From the NCBI GenBank assembly GCA_016933615.1, contig JAFGAO010000027.1, forward strand, positions 493 through 64,492: 64,000 nucleotides of DNA. The letters run 5' to 3'. The notes under the pieces are model-generated. The model worked only from the letters and a program-made list of their open reading frames with translations, had not been told where the DNA came from and made no database searches. Source of the stretch: Acidobacteriota bacterium. Its GTDB lineage: Bacteria; Acidobacteriota; UBA6911. Positions 27,838 through 36,249 of this stretch are shown in pieces. Positions within the stretch are counted from its first letter, which is position 1, and the number at the start of each line of letters is the position of its first letter. Made by a program: the position numbers and the translations under genes.

Positions 27838-28326
27838 ATGCTGACTTATTTCAGAAATATAGGGCAGGGGATCATGACTATCGTCAGTTCCATGGCGATA
27901 GCCGGCCGTCATCTCTTCACTCCCTCCGTGACACTGCAATACCCGAAGGAAAAATGGCTGCTGCCGGAGCGGTCGCGAATGCGTCTGATGAACAAAATAG
28001 AGGACTGTATCGGCTGCGGCCAGTGTGCGCGCTCGTGCCCCACCGAGTGCATCCTGGTAAAGACCGAAAAGCGCGGCAAGGAAGAGGCGCCGGTTTTCGC
28101 CTCCGATGGAACGGCCAAGAAACTGCGGACCTATGTTTTCGATATCGACATGGCACTTTGCTGCTACTGCGGCCTGTGCACATTCGCATGCCCGACGCAG
28201 TGCCTCATCATGACGGGAGAATACGAATACTCCGTGTACGACAAGGATGAACACATATATCATTTTGCCGCGGAAAAACCGCTGACCGTTGCCGGGGAGT
28301 CCCGTCAAAATCCCCCGGAGGGTTAA
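27838..28326 (+). CDS. nuoI: NADH-quinone oxidoreductase subunit I (canonical copy)
   Basis: Contains TLQYPKE and two CxxCxxCxxxCP motifs (CIGCGQCARSCP; CCYCGLCTFACP). Confidence 0.9.
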   Translation: MLTYFRNIGQGIMTIVSSMAIAGRHLFTPSVTLQYPKEKWLLPERSRMRLMNKIEDCIGCGQCARSCPTECILVKTEKRGKEEAPVFASDGTAKKLRTYVFDIDMALCCYCGLCTFACPTQCLIMTGEYEYSVYDKDEHIYHFAAEKPLTVAGESRQNPPEG

Positions 28327-28333
28327 TTCTACT

Positions 28334-28840
28334 ATGGACAAAAACCTGCTGGGCCAAATCGTTTTTTACTTTTTTGCTGCACTGACCATAGGTTCGGCCG
28401 CGGTGGTTGTTTTCGCGCGCAGCCTGGTCCGTTCAGCTTTTGCGCTTCTGTTCACCTTCTTCGGCGTCGCCGCGCTGTACGCCTACCTCGGGGCGGATTT
28501 TCTCGCCGCGACCCAAATGGTGATTTATGTCGGAGGCATCCTGGTACTGATTCTGTTCGGAGTCATGCTCACCCACAAGTTATACGATCTGAATATAAAA
28601 ACGGGATCGGTGCAGTTGATTCCGTCGACAATAGCCGTCGTGGCCGTTTTTGCCTTTCTGGCTTTTTTCATGCTCCGGACCGAGTGGTTCCGTGGAGACT
28701 CCGTGCTCTCGGGACCGACCACCGCTTCCATAGGAAATCTTTTGATGCAGGACTTTATACTTCCCTTTGAAGCCGCGTCCGTCTTGCTGCTTCTGGCCCT
28801 GATCGGCGCCGCCATGATAGTAAGGAGGCGATCCGAATGA
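28334..28840 (+). CDS. nuoJ: NADH-quinone oxidoreductase subunit J
   Basis: Five-TM profile with the NuoJ pattern (AVVVFARSLVRSAFALL, FLAATQMVIYVGGILVL). The start is ATG 28334 (MDKNLL). Confidence 0.85.
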   Translation: MDKNLLGQIVFYFFAALTIGSAAVVVFARSLVRSAFALLFTFFGVAALYAYLGADFLAATQMVIYVGGILVLILFGVMLTHKLYDLNIKTGSVQLIPSTIAVVAVFAFLAFFMLRTEWFRGDSVLSGPTTASIGNLLMQDFILPFEAASVLLLLALIGAAMIVRRRSE

Positions 28841-29142
28841 TTGGACTCAGCCATTACCTCATAGTCAGCGCCGCACTTTTTTCCTTCGGCATCCTGTGCG
28901 TTCTGACCCGTAAAAACGCCATCAATGTCCTGATGGGAATCGAGCTGATCTTAAATGCCGCAAATCTGAATCTGGTTGCTTTTTCCAAATATTCCTCCGG
29001 AAAAATCGACGGGCAGATATTTGCGATCTTCATCATCGTGGTCGCCGCGGCGGAGGCCGCAGTCGCCCTGGCCATCATTCTGTCCATGTACCGGATACTA
29101 CGATCCGTCAATCTGGATCGCGCGGACACGCTCAAGGGGTGA
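28837..29142 (+). CDS. nuoK: NADH-quinone oxidoreductase subunit K
   Basis: 101 aa, three TM helices, with MGIELILNAANLN and AAAEAAVALAI. The start overlaps the nuoJ stop (ATGA). Confidence 0.92.
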   Translation: MIGLSHYLIVSAALFSFGILCVLTRKNAINVLMGIELILNAANLNLVAFSKYSSGKIDGQIFAIFIIVVAAAEAAVALAIILSMYRILRSVNLDRADTLKG

Positions 29143-30638
29143 TCATGAATCCACAGATTCTTTCGGATCTTAAACAATTCCACCCGGAGATTATTTTAAC
29201 GGCCTCCGTTCTCCTGGTCGTGATCGGCGATATCGCCTTAGTGCGAATACGGAGAACCCTGACTTTTATTCTGGCGGCCGCGGGCCTGATAGCCGCTTTG
29301 ATCGCCGGCATCCGTCTCTTTGGACAGGATCCCGGGACTCTTTTCTTCGGCGTTCTTTCCCTGGATCCGATGTCGGTTTTTTTCAAAACCTTTCTGATCC
29401 TGACATCGCTGTTCATCCTATTTTCGGTGCCGGGCTCCAAGGAGCTTTCTCGACGGAATTTGGGGGAATTCTACGCGCTTCTCCTGGGCGTCACCCTCGC
29501 CATGGTACTTCTGGCCGCAAGCGCCGATATGCTCATGCTTTACCTGGCGCTGGAAACGGTCTCCATCGGCAGCTACATCCTTGTCGGTTATCTCAGAAAC
29601 GAACGCCAGTCCAACGAGGCATCCCTCAAATACCTTCTTTTCGGCGCGATAGCGACGGGGACCATGCTTTACGGCATGACCGTTATTTACGGGCTTACCG
29701 GCACCACCAAGCTTGCGGCCATCCGCGAAGCCTTCCTCCAGGGCGCGGCAGCGGGGAACAACTCGGCCATGCTGCTTATCGCAACGGTAATGGTTTTGGC
29801 AGGGTTCGGTTTCAAGATGGCCGCCGTGCCCTTTCATTTCTGGTGTCCGGACGTCTATACCGGCGCGCCGACGCCCGTTACGGCTTTTCTCAGCATAGGC
29901 CCAAAGGCGGCCGGTTTCGCCGTTTTAATGCGTTTCTTTTTCACGGGATTTTCCGGAAGCGCCCCCGGTACCGGCATGTATTCCGGTGTCAGCCCGGTCT
30001 ACTGGAATGCAATATTGATCCTGATATCTGTGGTGACGATGACGCTTGGGAATATTGCCGCCCTTCGCCAGGAAAACATGAAACGAATGCTCGCATATTC
30101 CTCCATCGCCCATGCCGGCTATATTCTGATGGGCGCCGTCGTGTTGAACTCTCAGGGACTGCAATCGGTTCTGGTGTATCTTGTGACCTATCTGTTTATG
30201 AACCTGGGCGCATTTCTCGTGGTCATCGCAGTATACAACCATACCGGAAGCTTTGATCTTAACGACTATAGAGGATTGATGCGCCGATCCCCGTTTTTGA
30301 CGGTCGCCATGTCCTTTTTCATGCTCTCTTTAATGGGCATCCCGCCTTTTGCCGGCTTTTTAGGAAAGCTTTACGTTTTCGGAGCTGCGGTCAACAATAA
30401 CCTGGCCTGGCTTGCCGTAGTGGGTGCCTTGAACAGCGTAGTGGCGATTTATTATTATGCCCGCGTGATTAAAGCCATGGTCATCGAAGAGTCTTCCGAC
30501 ACCACGCGCGTTCCGCTGTCCCTGGCAAGTCAAATCCTTTTGTGGCTGATGTTATTGCCGACGGCAGGTCTGATGTTTTTCTGGAGCGGTGTCGAACGAC
30601 TCACGAAGGCTTCAGTCGCCCTGTTCATGGGGCTGTAA
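29139..30638 (+). CDS. nuoN: NADH-quinone oxidoreductase subunit N
   Basis: Antiporter-like subunit carrying the NuoN-type signature FKMAAVPFHFWCPDVYTGAPTPVTAFLS and LKYLLFGAIATG. The GTG start overlaps the nuoK stop (GTGA); ATG 29145 is the alternative. Confidence 0.9.
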   Translation: MIMNPQILSDLKQFHPEIILTASVLLVVIGDIALVRIRRTLTFILAAAGLIAALIAGIRLFGQDPGTLFFGVLSLDPMSVFFKTFLILTSLFILFSVPGSKELSRRNLGEFYALLLGVTLAMVLLAASADMLMLYLALETVSIGSYILVGYLRNERQSNEASLKYLLFGAIATGTMLYGMTVIYGLTGTTKLAAIREAFLQGAAAGNNSAMLLIATVMVLAGFGFKMAAVPFHFWCPDVYTGAPTPVTAFLSIGPKAAGFAVLMRFFFTGFSGSAPGTGMYSGVSPVYWNAILILISVVTMTLGNIAALRQENMKRMLAYSSIAHAGYILMGAVVLNSQGLQSVLVYLVTYLFMNLGAFLVVIAVYNHTGSFDLNDYRGLMRRSPFLTVAMSFFMLSLMGIPPFAGFLGKLYVFGAAVNNNLAWLAVVGALNSVVAIYYYARVIKAMVIEESSDTTRVPLSLASQILLWLMLLPTAGLMFFWSGVERLTKASVALFMGL

Positions 30639-30944
30639 AAAGGCCGGCACAAATTTCGGCGATCCCCTCTCACCGACTGGTAGCGAAGCGGGCACAAGGT
30701 TCGCAGCTTTCCTCGAGATTCCTTACAAGGGCGAACTCGAGCCGGCATCCCCACACCCGCGCCCCGTGGAGAAATGCCGGTCCGGTTCGCCTCCTACGAA
30801 CATCCCGTCGTTTCATAAATCACTCTTTCGGGAAAAATGCACAGGCAGGCTGCATTACAAGGATCTTAATTCGGAAGAGTTAAATAATTAATCCTTAACA
30901 TTAAATATATAAAACTAAATATTTAATAATATTACAATTTAAAT

Positions 30945-31283
30945 TTATTGAGGCTGTGGATTTTTCGGAGGATCGATTTCTATTTCAACCGCGATTCCAT
31001 CGAGGCGGATTCCGTTTCTCTTGTCATTGCTTTCGTTCCATTTCACTCGAATGATGGAAAAAGACGTTAATTCCTTGAACTCCGCCGGTTTCCCTTCAAT
31101 GGTAATTTTAGCGGCGGCTGCATCCAGGAGATATTTGGTTTTATCGGGGATAGTGGAAATCAGGATTAGTTTTTCCGATTCCGACACAGACAGCAAGCGG
31201 CACATGCCGGCTTCCACGGCGTGACCTGCGGGGACAGATCCTGCCGCCAGCAACAAAAGGATTAGGTGTCCGATAATTTTCAT
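30945..31283 (-). CDS. small secreted hypothetical protein
   Basis: ATG 31283 gives MKIIGHLILLLLAAGSVPAGHA (signal peptide) and about 90 mature residues with no motif I recognise. It sits next to an extreme AT-rich tract. The coding status is plausible but unproven. Confidence 0.45.
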   Translation of the reverse strand: MKIIGHLILLLLAAGSVPAGHAVEAGMCRLLSVSESEKLILISTIPDKTKYLLDAAAAKITIEGKPAEFKELTSFSIIRVKWNESNDKRNGIRLDGIAVEIEIDPPKNPQPQ

Positions 31284-31546
31284 GGATATCTCCAGACCGG
31301 AATTATGGATTCTTTTAGCTGCTTTCTTTCCAATGCCTATGATGTTCGAAGAGTCTCTTTTCATATCCAAACCATAAAACAACTTCAATCATCAGGATAC
31401 ATGGATTTTTAAAAATATTGCAATTCATTCTAGTGCGGCTTTTTTATCGGACCCTCTTTACGAAACAGACTCCTCCAAGCCGAATCAGCCGGGAACCCGC
31501 CCGCGGGCATTCGGCGGGAAACGCCGGCTGCGTCTGTTTTGACGAC

Positions 31547-31575
31547 TTGACAAGGTCCCGGCATACCCTTAAGAT
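31547..31575 (+). promoter_or_regulatory. candidate promoter of tRNA-Leu
   Basis: Consensus -35 TTGACA (31547-31552), a 17-nt spacer, then TAAGAT (31570-31575). The tRNA 5' end lies 19 nt downstream. Confidence 0.5.
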
Positions 31576-31593
31576 ATGCGCTGTTTCGCAAAA

Positions 31594-31680
31594 GCCGAAG
31601 TGGCGGAATTGGCAGACGCGCTAGGTTCAGGGTCTAGTGGGCTTAAGCTCGTGGGGGTTCGACTCCCCCCTTCGGCACCA
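31594..31680 (+). tRNA. tRNA-Leu (anticodon CAG), class II with a long variable arm and encoded CCA
   Basis: Folded by eye. The acceptor stem is GCCGAAG/CTTCGGC with discriminator A plus CCA. The anticodon stem is CTAGG/TCTAG with loop TTCAGGG (CAG). The variable arm is long (TGGGCTTAAGCTCG). The T arm is GGGGG-TTCGACT-CCCCC. Confidence 0.93.
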
Positions 31681-31726
31681 GCCTTCGCTAAAGCTTCGGC
31701 CGGCAAGCCGGAGTTTTAGCGAAGGC
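31681..31726 (+). terminator. long hairpin abutting the tRNA 3' end (possible terminator or processing element)
   Basis: GCCTTCGCTAAA (31681-31692) pairs perfectly with TTTAGCGAAGGC (31715-31726) around a GC-rich inner hairpin. No T-tract follows. Confidence 0.4.
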
Positions 31727-31949
31727 TGCGCGCCGTAACCCGAAGAGCGTAGGCGGACTGTAAGATATACTTAAAATCTCATCCATTCCCGGAATCAGCA
31801 CTCCTACTTCAACTGTTCATATCTGACTCACAGGGAACAATCATCTTTTGCATTTCGGGACCGCATTGCAGGGGCGATGCTTTTTTCGCACCGTTGCGTT
31901 CGGTAAAGCTGTTTGGAAATGTAAAAAGGGTGGACGCGAGATTCGGCCC

Positions 31950-32930
31950 CTACCAAATTTTTACCGGAACCGGCGTAAAACACAGGATCAGAATCAGCAG
32001 TGCGATAAAAGCCAGAACCGTTCTGCCCGGTCCCACAGGTTCCCAGTCCCTAAGCGTCGCAGGATGGGAAAAATGCACCCGGTATCCAAGGAAAAACAGG
32101 ACCAGTCCGAATACAAGGTACGACGGCGACTGCCATTCCGATAAGCCCGCCAGCATCAGCAGCGCCAGGACGCCTGCGGAGATCTTTTTCTGCAGATTCG
32201 GGCCGAAAACGGCATAGGCGAGGTGCCCGCCGTCGAGCTGCCATATAGGCAATAAATTCAGGCAGGTGAGAAGAAGCCCGAAAGTTCCGGCAATAGCGGC
32301 AGGATGCGCGAATATTACATGCCTGGACGGGTCATAATCCAACAGCAGCGTCCCGAGGAAGCGAAAAATGGCGGGTTCCCCGAACTCTATGGTGCCCGGC
32401 ATTGCAGGAATGAAATAACCGATTCGAGAGAAACGGATCCCGTTCCACAAAACGATCACCGTGACAATAAAGCCGGCCAAGGGACCCGCGATGCCGACAT
32501 CGAATAAAGACCGTTTGGTCCCGAAACTCGATTTTATCTTGATAAATGCTCCGAATGTCCCGCTGTAGGGGAAGGGGGTGGGTATAAAGAACGGAGGAGT
32601 GCAGTGAATGCCATAATACCGGCAGGCGAAAAAATGGCCCAGCTCGTGCGCGAGCAGAATTGTCATCAGGGGAATTGAGAATTGCAGGGCGCCTGCAATG
32701 GATTCAGGCCTTGAAGAAAGAATTGTCGGAAGGTGCAGGACGGCTGTCGGGCCGGAAAAATATGCGAGTCCCGCAACGGTAGTCGTAACCGAAGTCGCGG
32801 AGAAAAGCAGGGCGGAGAGGGCCCATTCCTTCCCGGAGGGTGCGGGGTTACGGAACACCGCACTCCTGCCCGTTGATTCTCCGTTAGCCGCGGCAGAAGC
32901 GGCAGAGAATTCCTGAAAGTCGCTGCTCAC
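31950..32930 (-). CDS. site-2 protease family (M50) membrane metalloprotease
   Basis: Polytopic membrane protein with an HExxH motif inside a TM segment (LLAHELGHFFACRYYG) and a second-half LNLLPIWQLDGGH motif, typical of peptidase M50. GTG start. Confidence 0.8.
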   Translation of the reverse strand: MSSDFQEFSAASAAANGESTGRSAVFRNPAPSGKEWALSALLFSATSVTTTVAGLAYFSGPTAVLHLPTILSSRPESIAGALQFSIPLMTILLAHELGHFFACRYYGIHCTPPFFIPTPFPYSGTFGAFIKIKSSFGTKRSLFDVGIAGPLAGFIVTVIVLWNGIRFSRIGYFIPAMPGTIEFGEPAIFRFLGTLLLDYDPSRHVIFAHPAAIAGTFGLLLTCLNLLPIWQLDGGHLAYAVFGPNLQKKISAGVLALLMLAGLSEWQSPSYLVFGLVLFFLGYRVHFSHPATLRDWEPVGPGRTVLAFIALLILILCFTPVPVKIW

Positions 32931-32966
32931 AACGATATGGGGCTTTCTGACGGGAGGGGAGACCGC

Positions 32967-33257
32967 TTATTCCGTACTGCTGCTGACAATCTTATCGGCA
33001 CGTATTTCTTTGCCAGGCTTAAAGCGAATGGTCTTGCCTGGAGGAATGGCAACCTCTTCTCCGGTTCTAGGATTTCTTCCCACGCCACTCTTTCGTGGTT
33101 TGACGATGAACACTCCGAAACCCCGCAGCTCGATTCTTTCACCACGCTTCAGCGCGTTCTTGAGCGAATTGAATACGGATTCCACCGCAATTTCCGCTCT
33201 CACTTTGGTGATACTCAGCTGCTCTGCAACACGGTTTACGATGTCCTGCTTTATCAC
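32967..33257 (-). CDS. HU/IHF family DNA-binding protein
   Basis: GTG 33257 follows GGGAGG by 6 nt and gives MIKQDIVNRVAEQL....RIELRGFGVF.VK.R..R.GRNPRTGE.V.IP, the classic HU/IHF arm motif. The 186-aa ORF-track version is an upstream extension. Confidence 0.85.
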   Translation of the reverse strand: MIKQDIVNRVAEQLSITKVRAEIAVESVFNSLKNALKRGERIELRGFGVFIVKPRKSGVGRNPRTGEEVAIPPGKTIRFKPGKEIRADKIVSSSTE

Positions 33258-33427
33258 GCTGGACCTCCCATAAGTTAGTGAAGGCATTTTACTTGTGGCT
33301 TTAAAAGCTGTCAAGCCATTTCTATTTACAGCTTCTTCTGCCGGTGTTAGACTGCAGCTTCGCAATCGCACAGCCGCGCAGAAGATCGTATTTGAAACCC
33401 TATAACGGGATGCAGGAGGATTAGGCA

Positions 33428-33982
33428 ATGACGGCTCAACCGGATCACTGGATTCGAAAAATGGCCAAAGATTTCGGTATGATTGAACCCTATGCGGATC
33501 TGCGCAGGCGTGCCGGAAAAATTTCATACGGGGCTTCTTCCTATGGATACGACTTCCGCCTTTCGAATCAATATAAAATCCCCGACCTCACCGGCATTGA
33601 AAAACTGGATCCCAAGAGAATTGAGGAAATACATTTTAATGATTACAGGGGGCGTTGCTGCCTGATTCCGCCAAACTCCTACATTCTCGGCAGATCCCTG
33701 GAATATTTTCGCATCCCGAGGAATATCCTTGCGTTGTGCCAGGGAAAATCCACCTACGCGCGAAGCGGAATCATCGTCAACGTAACTCCTCTGGAGCCGG
33801 AATGGGAAGGTTACATCACACTGTCGATTGTCAATGCGTCCCCGGTGCCGGCAAAGGTATACTCCGGAGAAGGCATCGCCCAAGCCGTATTTATTCTCGC
33901 GGAGCCGGAATGCCGGATCTCCTATGCCGATCGCAAAGGGAAATACCAGGCGCAAAAGGGAATACGATTGTCGCGGGTATAA
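33428..33982 (+). CDS. dcd: dCTP deaminase
   Basis: Contains ISYGASSYGYDFRL, S..YFRIP, GKSTYARSGI.VNVTPLEPEW.G..TLSI.N and YADRKGKYQ.Q. A GGAGGA RBS precedes the start. Confidence 0.9.
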   Translation: MTAQPDHWIRKMAKDFGMIEPYADLRRRAGKISYGASSYGYDFRLSNQYKIPDLTGIEKLDPKRIEEIHFNDYRGRCCLIPPNSYILGRSLEYFRIPRNILALCQGKSTYARSGIIVNVTPLEPEWEGYITLSIVNASPVPAKVYSGEGIAQAVFILAEPECRISYADRKGKYQAQKGIRLSRV

Positions 33983-34085
33983 AATTCAGTTGCACGTTAC
34001 AGGTTCAAAAAAAACGCGCCGTTACACTTTAACAGCAATCTGGCCTTTCAAAAAATCGAAACGTGCAGCGGTATCGTCAAATGCA

Positions 34086-34643
34086 ATGAAGTATAAAGTG
34101 AGGCGGAATTACCTTACGGCAGCTCTGCTGCTGGGATTCAGTATGGCAATTTCGGGCTGCGGTTATAAAGTCCGCAGCTCCGTGGGGTTTCTGCCGAAGG
34201 GCATTGAATCTTTGGGAATTCCCACTTTCCAGAACCTGACCGGCCGGTACAGGCTGGAACAATCGATAACTTCATCCGTTTTAAAGGAATTCGTCGCCAG
34301 AACAAGAATCCCGGTCCGCTCCAAACAATCCGGTGTGGATGCCGTACTGTTCGGCGAAATTCTTTCCATCCAGTCCACGCCCGTAACCTTCAGCACCGGT
34401 TCATTCGGGTCGGCTTTCATGGTGACGGTGCGAATAAGCGCCAAACTGGTACGGGTCAAGGACTCAGCGGTTATCTGGCAGGACGGAGGCTTTACATTCC
34501 GCGAGAGATACACACTGAACAGAGACGTCCGGGATTTCTTTTCCGAAGAAAATCCGGCACTGGAACGCCTTGCCAACGCATTTGCCGCGAGCCTGGTAAG
34601 CGCAATTATTGAAGGTCAGTCCCTTGGTTCTCCAAAGCCTTGA
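34086..34643 (+). CDS. lptE: LPS-assembly lipoprotein LptE-like
   Basis: Has a lipobox (LLLGFSMAISGCGY) and the LptE-like pattern LGIPTFQN.T....LEQ.ITS.L..EF. It sits in the conserved position immediately upstream of holA. Sequence conservation in this family is weak, so the call leans on synteny. Confidence 0.6.
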   Translation: MKYKVRRNYLTAALLLGFSMAISGCGYKVRSSVGFLPKGIESLGIPTFQNLTGRYRLEQSITSSVLKEFVARTRIPVRSKQSGVDAVLFGEILSIQSTPVTFSTGSFGSAFMVTVRISAKLVRVKDSAVIWQDGGFTFRERYTLNRDVRDFFSEENPALERLANAFAASLVSAIIEGQSLGSPKP

Positions 34644-34744
34644 TGCGCTGGAACGTCTTTCCAGCGCATCGGCAGCGGATCTTGCAGGCATAATTATTGA
34701 AGGTCAGTCCCTTGGTTCTCCAAAGCCTTGATGCGCTGGAACGT
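34604..34744 (+). repeat. perfect 53-bp direct repeat with an 88-bp period, duplicating the lptE 3' end / holA 5' start
   Basis: AATTATTGAAGGTCAGTCCCTTGGTTCTCCAAAGCCTTGATGCGCTGGAACGT occurs at 34604-34656 and again at 34692-34744 with no mismatch. A 9-bp hairpin (34645-34667) lies at the first junction. Confidence 0.95.
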
Positions 34745-35707
34745 GATCTGGAATCTTCGCGAGACCGCTCCTTTTACCTCATACTGGGGCCCGAGCAATA
34801 CCAGTGTCGGGAAGCCGTCGACAGGATCAAAAGCAGGCTCCTGAATCCGGAATCCGTCCCTTTCGACTATTCCGCCTACTCGGTCAAAGACACTCCTCTT
34901 GAAAGAATCTTCGAAACGGCAAACACCTTTCCGATGTTGTCATCGCGAAGAGTGGTTCTTGTCACAGACCTGGAAATGCTTCCGGAAAGCGAACACGACA
35001 CGCTGCTTGCAAACCTCGGCTCTCTTCCATCCCGCTGCATGCTTCTGATAGTTGCCGAAGAACTGGATCACAGGAAAAAGCTTTACAGGAAGATTCTGGA
35101 TACAGGGTGTATTGCGGAATTCCCCAGGCTGAAGGGGGCTTCTCTGAAGCGATGGGTGGAAGACAGCGTCCGTAAAAAAGGCTATCGGATTTCCTCCGAG
35201 ACAGCGGCAAAAATCGTGGACCTGGCCGGTTCGGATCTTCAGACCCTGGCCGGTGAACTCGAGAAGCTGTTTCTATTTGCCGGGAAAGAGAAACTGATTA
35301 CGGATCCGTCGGTCGAGGAGCTGGTGCGAAACAGCCGGCAGCACGGAATTTTTGAGCTCATAGACGCCATCGCGGCGCGAGACCGATCCGCGGCCTTATA
35401 TTCTCTGGCAAACCTGCTGGCGATGGGAGTGTCCCCTCTTGTTGTGGTCTCTATGATGGCGCGTCACAGCAGGCAGGCTATTATCGTCAAGGAATCCATC
35501 CAGCGTGGAATGCGTGGCGCCGAAGCAGGCCGAGCGGCCCAGGTCCCGCCTTTCATGCTCGAAAAATTCATCCGACAGGCCCAAAATATCGACATCGAAA
35601 CAGTGCGCAGAATGCACATAGGCCTCTCCGATATAGACAGGAGGCTGAAGTCATCCGCCGTGGACGCAAGGATCTATCTGGAATTGTTTATCAGCGCCTT
35701 GGTGTAA
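34697..35707 (+). CDS. holA: DNA polymerase III subunit delta
   Basis: 336 aa with the HolA pattern (FYLILGPE.Y, VVLV.D, LE...GSDL..L..ELEKL, LA.L...G..PL). The TTG start lies inside the second repeat copy. Confidence 0.85.
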   Translation: MKVSPLVLQSLDALERDLESSRDRSFYLILGPEQYQCREAVDRIKSRLLNPESVPFDYSAYSVKDTPLERIFETANTFPMLSSRRVVLVTDLEMLPESEHDTLLANLGSLPSRCMLLIVAEELDHRKKLYRKILDTGCIAEFPRLKGASLKRWVEDSVRKKGYRISSETAAKIVDLAGSDLQTLAGELEKLFLFAGKEKLITDPSVEELVRNSRQHGIFELIDAIAARDRSAALYSLANLLAMGVSPLVVVSMMARHSRQAIIVKESIQRGMRGAEAGRAAQVPPFMLEKFIRQAQNIDIETVRRMHIGLSDIDRRLKSSAVDARIYLELFISALV

Positions 35708-35714
35708 GAAAGGC

Positions 35715-35996
35715 TTATGCCTTCTCCCCGGAGGATAAAGCGGTATTCAAGCTTCTGGTCAGCCGGGATTTTTGCCTGGCGGCGGCATTTTCGCTGAGCG
35801 CTTTTTTTCGCTTTGCGGTATCGATTTCGGAATACAGGGCGGGCAGGGAATTGCGGGCATCCTCCGCTTTCCCCGACTGCAGTTGCTCGTTGAACTTCCT
35901 GAGGAACGTCCGCAGGTTGCTGCGATTGCTGCGGTTGGTCATCCTGCGTCTTCTATTTTTTCTGTCGGCTTTCAGGGCTGAGGCGTGATTCGCCAT
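35715..35996 (-). CDS. rpsT: 30S ribosomal protein S20
   Basis: MANHASALKADRKNRRRR...: a basic 93-aa protein with the canonical S20 N-terminus. Confidence 0.93.
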   Translation of the reverse strand: MANHASALKADRKNRRRRMTNRSNRSNLRTFLRKFNEQLQSGKAEDARNSLPALYSEIDTAKRKKALSENAAARQKSRLTRSLNTALSSGEKA

Positions 35997-36065
35997 GCTT
36001 GGTGGCTCCTTTATTCGTTTTCAACCGCCGGATCCAAACCGTCGGTATATATTTTAAAACCCTTT

Positions 36066-36094
36066 ACTTTACAAGCATTTAACATTAGTGTCAA
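36066..36094 (-). promoter_or_regulatory. candidate promoter of rpsT
   Basis: On the minus strand: consensus TTGACA (plus-strand coordinates 36089-36094), a 17-nt spacer, then TAAAGT (36066-36071). Confidence 0.45.
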
Positions 36095-36108
36095 ATTAAA
36101 TTTTCTCA

Positions 36109-36137
36109 TTGACTTCGATTAGTCCGGGACCTAGAAT
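36109..36137 (+). promoter_or_regulatory. candidate promoter of phoH
   Basis: TTGACT (36109-36114), a 17-nt spacer, then TAGAAT (36132-36137). It is divergent from the rpsT promoter. Confidence 0.45.
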
Positions 36138-36249
36138 TATTTTTTGAAATGTGCGCACATAAAGATCATCTCCCGGCACCGTCATCGAAAGAATCGCGCC
36201 CGCATCCCCGCACTGCTTTTTTCTTTCACGAGGTCAAGCCAATTATTTG

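Noticed and set aside
27980-28000. CTGATGA motifs here and at ~42448 as possible hammerhead ribozyme cores.
   Set aside because: They are inside well-conserved coding sequence (nuoI and ino1) and lack the complementary stems and GAAA element in a suitable arrangement.
30639-30880. Possible remnant (pseudogene) of nuoL/nuoM downstream of nuoN.
   Set aside because: The six-frame translations of this 240-nt stretch show no antiporter-like hydrophobic segments. It is too short and non-hydrophobic.
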